A stretch of DNA of 64,000 bases from positions 9,688 to 73,687 of the forward strand of contig CAYFIW010000003.1 in the NCBI GenBank assembly GCA_964343265.1, written 5' to 3'. Made by a program: the position numbers and the translations under genes. Shown piece after piece: positions 60,927 to 64,000 of the stretch; the stretch's first letter is position 1, and each line of letters opens with the position of its first letter. The notes beneath the pieces were generated by a model that ran no database searches, was not told the origin of the DNA, and saw nothing but the letters and a program-made list of their open reading frames with translations. Origin of the DNA: an uncultured Dehalococcoidia bacterium (GTDB taxonomy: Bacteria > Chloroflexota > Dehalococcoidia > Lucifugimonadales > UBA826).

Positions 60927-61268
60927 TTGGCAAAAGTAAGAGTAATGTACTGGAAAGAAATACCTATTCAGGTACAGGCCGAGGATCCTAAAGATACTAT
61001 ATCAATAGAATTGGAACCTAGATTTCAACAAGCGGCAGATGCTATATCAATGTTAGATGGTAGCGCAGGTTCAGATGAATATTTAGACGGCTGGATGTGG
61101 GGTGAGTATTTCGAAGTTATCGGAAATGCTTCTGAAGCGTCAAAAGGTCACGCTGATATGATTAACTCCAAAATGCCAAAGGATTTTGTGAAACGTATAA
61201 GTAATCTATACAAGCAAGGTGAACGTATATCTAAACCAGGTTCTATAGATCATTGGTTGAAAGAATAA
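60927..61268 (+). CDS. small protein resembling the 'virulence factor' family often seen in corrinoid methyltransferase clusters, tentative
   Basis: 113 aa. The N-terminal V-x-YWKEIPIQVQ pattern resembles YWRDIPAQV in proteins annotated 'virulence factor'. This is recognition from memory only. Confidence 0.45.
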   Translation: MAKVRVMYWKEIPIQVQAEDPKDTISIELEPRFQQAADAISMLDGSAGSDEYLDGWMWGEYFEVIGNASEASKGHADMINSKMPKDFVKRISNLYKQGERISKPGSIDHWLKE

Positions 61269-61303
61269 AATATAAGTTCAAATACCTAAAAAGGTAATCA
61301 AAA

Positions 61304-62206
61304 ATGACACTAGATAATACCGCAGTATTAGACAGGTTGAGATCCGGAGAAGTACTAGTATCAGATGGAGCTACTGGTACTTTCCTTCAACAAAATGGCC
61401 TAGAACCAGGAGGAGATCCAGAAGAATTCAACATGTCCCATCCTGAAGTAGTACGTCGAATGGCAAAAGAATACTTTGATGCAGGATCAGATATAGTACT
61501 TACAAATTCATTTGGTGGCACTGTGTTTAGACAAGCGCACTATGGTTATGGAAACAAAGTACGAGAATTCAACACATTGGCTGCACAACACGCACGAAGC
61601 CAAGCTCCAAATGACAGGTTCGTTTTTGGTTCCGTCGGGCCCACTGGAGAATTCTTAGAACCTTTAGGTACTGTTAAAGAAAGTGAAATGTACCAAGCTT
61701 TTAAAACTCAAGTCACTGCGTTAGAAGAAGGCGGAGCCAATGGGGTAGTCATAGAAACCATGACGGCCATGGAAGAAGCAGAACTAGCGATAAGGGCGAC
61801 TAAGGAAAATACTTCATTGGTCATCGCAGCCACAATGACTTTTGACAAAGGACCAAGAGGCTATTTCACCATGATGGGCATAACTCCCGAAAAAGCAGCA
61901 CAAGGGTTATCTGAATCTGGAGCAGATATTGTGGGTACAAATTGTGGAAATGGAATTGATAACATGTTGGAAATAACCCAAAGAATGAGACAATCCACTG
62001 ATAAGCCCTTGTTAGTTCACTCAAATGCAGGAATACCGGGTATGGAAAAAGGAGAAATCATATACCCTGAATCGCCTGAATTTATGGCTGAGCGATTTAT
62101 GAAATTGAAAGATGTTGGTGCAAATATAATAGGTGGATGTTGCGGGACTGGTCCAGATCACATAAAAGCACTCCATAAAGCATTAAATAAAATGCGTGAA
62201 GGTTAA
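61304..62206 (+). CDS. homocysteine S-methyltransferase-domain protein (stand-alone MetH/BHMT-type Hcy-binding module)
   Basis: 300 aa. DGATGT, VLTNSFGG, GSVGPTG, TNCGNG and GGCCGTGPDHI segments, including the Zn-binding cysteines. Confidence 0.87.
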   Translation: MTLDNTAVLDRLRSGEVLVSDGATGTFLQQNGLEPGGDPEEFNMSHPEVVRRMAKEYFDAGSDIVLTNSFGGTVFRQAHYGYGNKVREFNTLAAQHARSQAPNDRFVFGSVGPTGEFLEPLGTVKESEMYQAFKTQVTALEEGGANGVVIETMTAMEEAELAIRATKENTSLVIAATMTFDKGPRGYFTMMGITPEKAAQGLSESGADIVGTNCGNGIDNMLEITQRMRQSTDKPLLVHSNAGIPGMEKGEIIYPESPEFMAERFMKLKDVGANIIGGCCGTGPDHIKALHKALNKMREG

Positions 62207-62891
62207 TATACACAATATGGCACTTGTAAATTATGAATGTTTAGGACCATCTCAAGTGATACGTAAGTATGGCAAATGCCTTGAGTTAGTCCCCTTAGAC
62301 AAACATTTTGAAAACATATCTGTGGGTCTATATGTCAAAAATAAAACATTCACAGTGTGGAGTTTTAGCAACAAAACAGGGACTGAAGAACGAATAGCTC
62401 AAATAAGAAATTTACTGGTTGACATGGGAGGTATGGAGAAGGTTCACAACACAAACAACCAAGCGTTTTTTGCTTGTGGGAAACCGCATGATAGGGCACT
62501 AAGATTCCTCATGTCGCAAGCAGTAAATAAACCTCCTGATTCTGAAATTGAAACTGTTATGCCCGAAGTAAAAGATACAAAATCAGATCTGAAAATATCT
62601 CCTCAACATTTGGAAAGAAGTGGATCCCACATTTACAATATCAATTTAATTGGTGAACACAAAAACAAAGCTATGCGGATGAGGATGATCATAGCTGGAT
62701 TTCTGAGGTATGGAGAAATGGATAAAATATCGGACAACGAAATTGCTTTTTCATGTAGGAAAAGGCATGACGGACTGATTCGACTACTCACACCGTTCTC
62801 TAGGAATATATCCACTGTGGAGACGATGATGGCGGCCGAAGACATGAGAGGCCAAATGACTACAAGCACTCTAGGTTTCAGCCAAACTTAG
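62196..62891 (+). CDS. hypothetical protein with internal tandem duplication
   Basis: 231 aa and no family recognised. Two modules of about 100 aa each end in AFFACGKPHDRALRFL / IAFSCRKRHDGLIRLL. An alternative ATG start lies at 62217. Confidence 0.5.
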   Translation: MKVNIHNMALVNYECLGPSQVIRKYGKCLELVPLDKHFENISVGLYVKNKTFTVWSFSNKTGTEERIAQIRNLLVDMGGMEKVHNTNNQAFFACGKPHDRALRFLMSQAVNKPPDSEIETVMPEVKDTKSDLKISPQHLERSGSHIYNINLIGEHKNKAMRMRMIIAGFLRYGEMDKISDNEIAFSCRKRHDGLIRLLTPFSRNISTVETMMAAEDMRGQMTTSTLGFSQT

Positions 62892-62905
62892 TAAAGGAGG
62901 AGCGA

Positions 62906-63952
62906 ATGAACAATATATCAGATATTGAAAGTATGACTCCTAGGCAAAGGGTACTGAATGCATTACAGGGAAAGCCTGTAGATAGAACTCCGGTTGCTAA
63001 CCCTACAAATGTGGCCACTGTAGAACTTATGGACCTTGTCGACGCACCTTTTCCCAAGGCCTGCCAAGACCCGGAACTTGCCGCAAAACTCGCAGCAACT
63101 GGATACACAGAACTAGGATTCGACAGCATATCTCCCTATTTCAGCATAATACAAGAGTCCTCAGCTCTGGGTTGCGAAATGCAATGGGAGGACAAAGATA
63201 ATTGGCCAACTGTCAGAATGTATAACCCGATTTGGAAAGATTCCAATGACATATATATCCCAAGCAATTTTTTGGACCATCGAGACGTTAAGGCAATAAC
63301 AGAATCAATACGAATTTTAAGATCTGAATATGGAGACGAGGTAGCCATCATAGGAAAAACTATGGGACCATGGACTCTCGCATATCATGTTTTCGGGGTT
63401 GAAAGTTTTTTGCTTGGGACAGTAGACAATCCTGAGGAGACTATGAAATGTCTAGAAAAACTTAAAGAAATATCCATTCTGTTCGGCCAGGTACAGATTG
63501 ATGCCGGTGCCGACGCTCTTACGTTTCCCGATCACGCAACGGGCGACCTGGTGAGCGGTGAATACTATAAAAGATTCCTTCAAGATATTCATACAGAAAT
63601 GGTTACAGAGTTACCAATACCTTTAATACTCCATATTTGTGGCAAAACCATAGACAGGATGCCCTACATAGCAGAAACAGGTATGGCCTCATTTCATTTT
63701 GACTCCAAAAACGACCCCCAAGAATCTATGGACGCTGTCAATGGAAAAATAGGACTAGTTGGAAACATCAATAATCCTGAGACGCTCTATGCAAGAGGGC
63801 CTGATGAAGTACGCCAAGAGGTTTATAAATGCCTAGAAGCTGGCGTTCAAATGATTGCTCCCGAATGTGCTGTTCCATTAGCCACCAAGGTTGAAAATCT
63901 TATCGAAATACCAATGGCTGTTAAAGACTGGACTGCAGAAAGAAAAAATTAA
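62906..63952 (+). CDS. MtaA/CmuA-type methylcobamide methyltransferase (uroporphyrinogen decarboxylase family)
   Basis: 348 aa. MTPRQRVLNALQGKPVDRTPV N-terminus, and Zn ligand pattern LHICGKT plus APECAVP. Confidence 0.8.
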   Translation: MNNISDIESMTPRQRVLNALQGKPVDRTPVANPTNVATVELMDLVDAPFPKACQDPELAAKLAATGYTELGFDSISPYFSIIQESSALGCEMQWEDKDNWPTVRMYNPIWKDSNDIYIPSNFLDHRDVKAITESIRILRSEYGDEVAIIGKTMGPWTLAYHVFGVESFLLGTVDNPEETMKCLEKLKEISILFGQVQIDAGADALTFPDHATGDLVSGEYYKRFLQDIHTEMVTELPIPLILHICGKTIDRMPYIAETGMASFHFDSKNDPQESMDAVNGKIGLVGNINNPETLYARGPDEVRQEVYKCLEAGVQMIAPECAVPLATKVENLIEIPMAVKDWTAERKN

Positions 63953-64000
63953 AGTCAAATTAGGCTATAGGCCGTATAATTAAGAACTTAACTTATATTT

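Noticed and set aside
1-64000. CRISPR arrays, IS elements, integrases, toxin-antitoxin pairs, restriction-modification or other defence/mobile modules.
   Set aside because: There are no direct-repeat/spacer periodicity, no transposase/integrase/recombinase-like ORFs, no terminal inverted repeats and no phage-like genes. The window is syntenic housekeeping DNA throughout.

Overview
Gene-dense, AT-rich chromosomal segment with about 60 protein-coding genes on both strands, very short spacers and many 4-nt start/stop overlaps. It reads as core housekeeping DNA of a streamlined, probably marine bacterium. The gene content is compatible with a Chloroflexota/Dehalococcoidia (SAR202-like) origin, but that is inference only: a 162-aa EF-Ts, the rpsB-tsf-pyrH-frr-uppS-cdsA-dxr-rseP-ispG-proS string, LLM flavin oxidoreductase, enolase-superfamily, Ldh_2 and MFS genes, and selenocysteine machinery. 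I found no rRNA, tRNA, CRISPR array, transposase/integrase, prophage or recognisable defence island. Main blocks: uvrB; a DUF59 + Mrp/ApbC Fe-S pair; tal-pgi; coaE-cbbQ-nudix-cbbO-like; selA-smr; rarA; ltaE; class II fumarase; CCA enzyme; a heterodimeric ABC exporter; the ribosomal/MEP/lipid string; a small catabolic-looking cluster (deacetylase, LLM, ThDP enzyme, Ldh_2); an ABC importer without a binding protein, followed by a divergent carbamoyltransferase-fold gene; gatB-yvcK-secG; cysS-ispF-ispD; selD-argS; and a methyltransferase cluster cut by the 3' edge. Four things are most worth a second look. (1) selD is a selenoprotein gene: its true 5' end, with an in-frame TGA at the catalytic Cys position and a downstream hairpin, is missed by the ORF track. 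(2) A CbbQ/NorQ AAA+ and a giant VWA protein have a CoA-type Nudix wedged between them, coaE upstream, and no obvious client. (3) The 3'-edge cluster holds two Zn-thiol methyltransferases plus an internally duplicated uncharacterised protein. (4) An SBP-less ABC importer overlaps an ATCase-fold protein with eroded catalytic motifs. None of these is shown to be a new system. Protein calls rest on motif recognition from memory, not database searches. Coordinates not taken from the ORF track were counted by hand and may be off by 1-2 nt.
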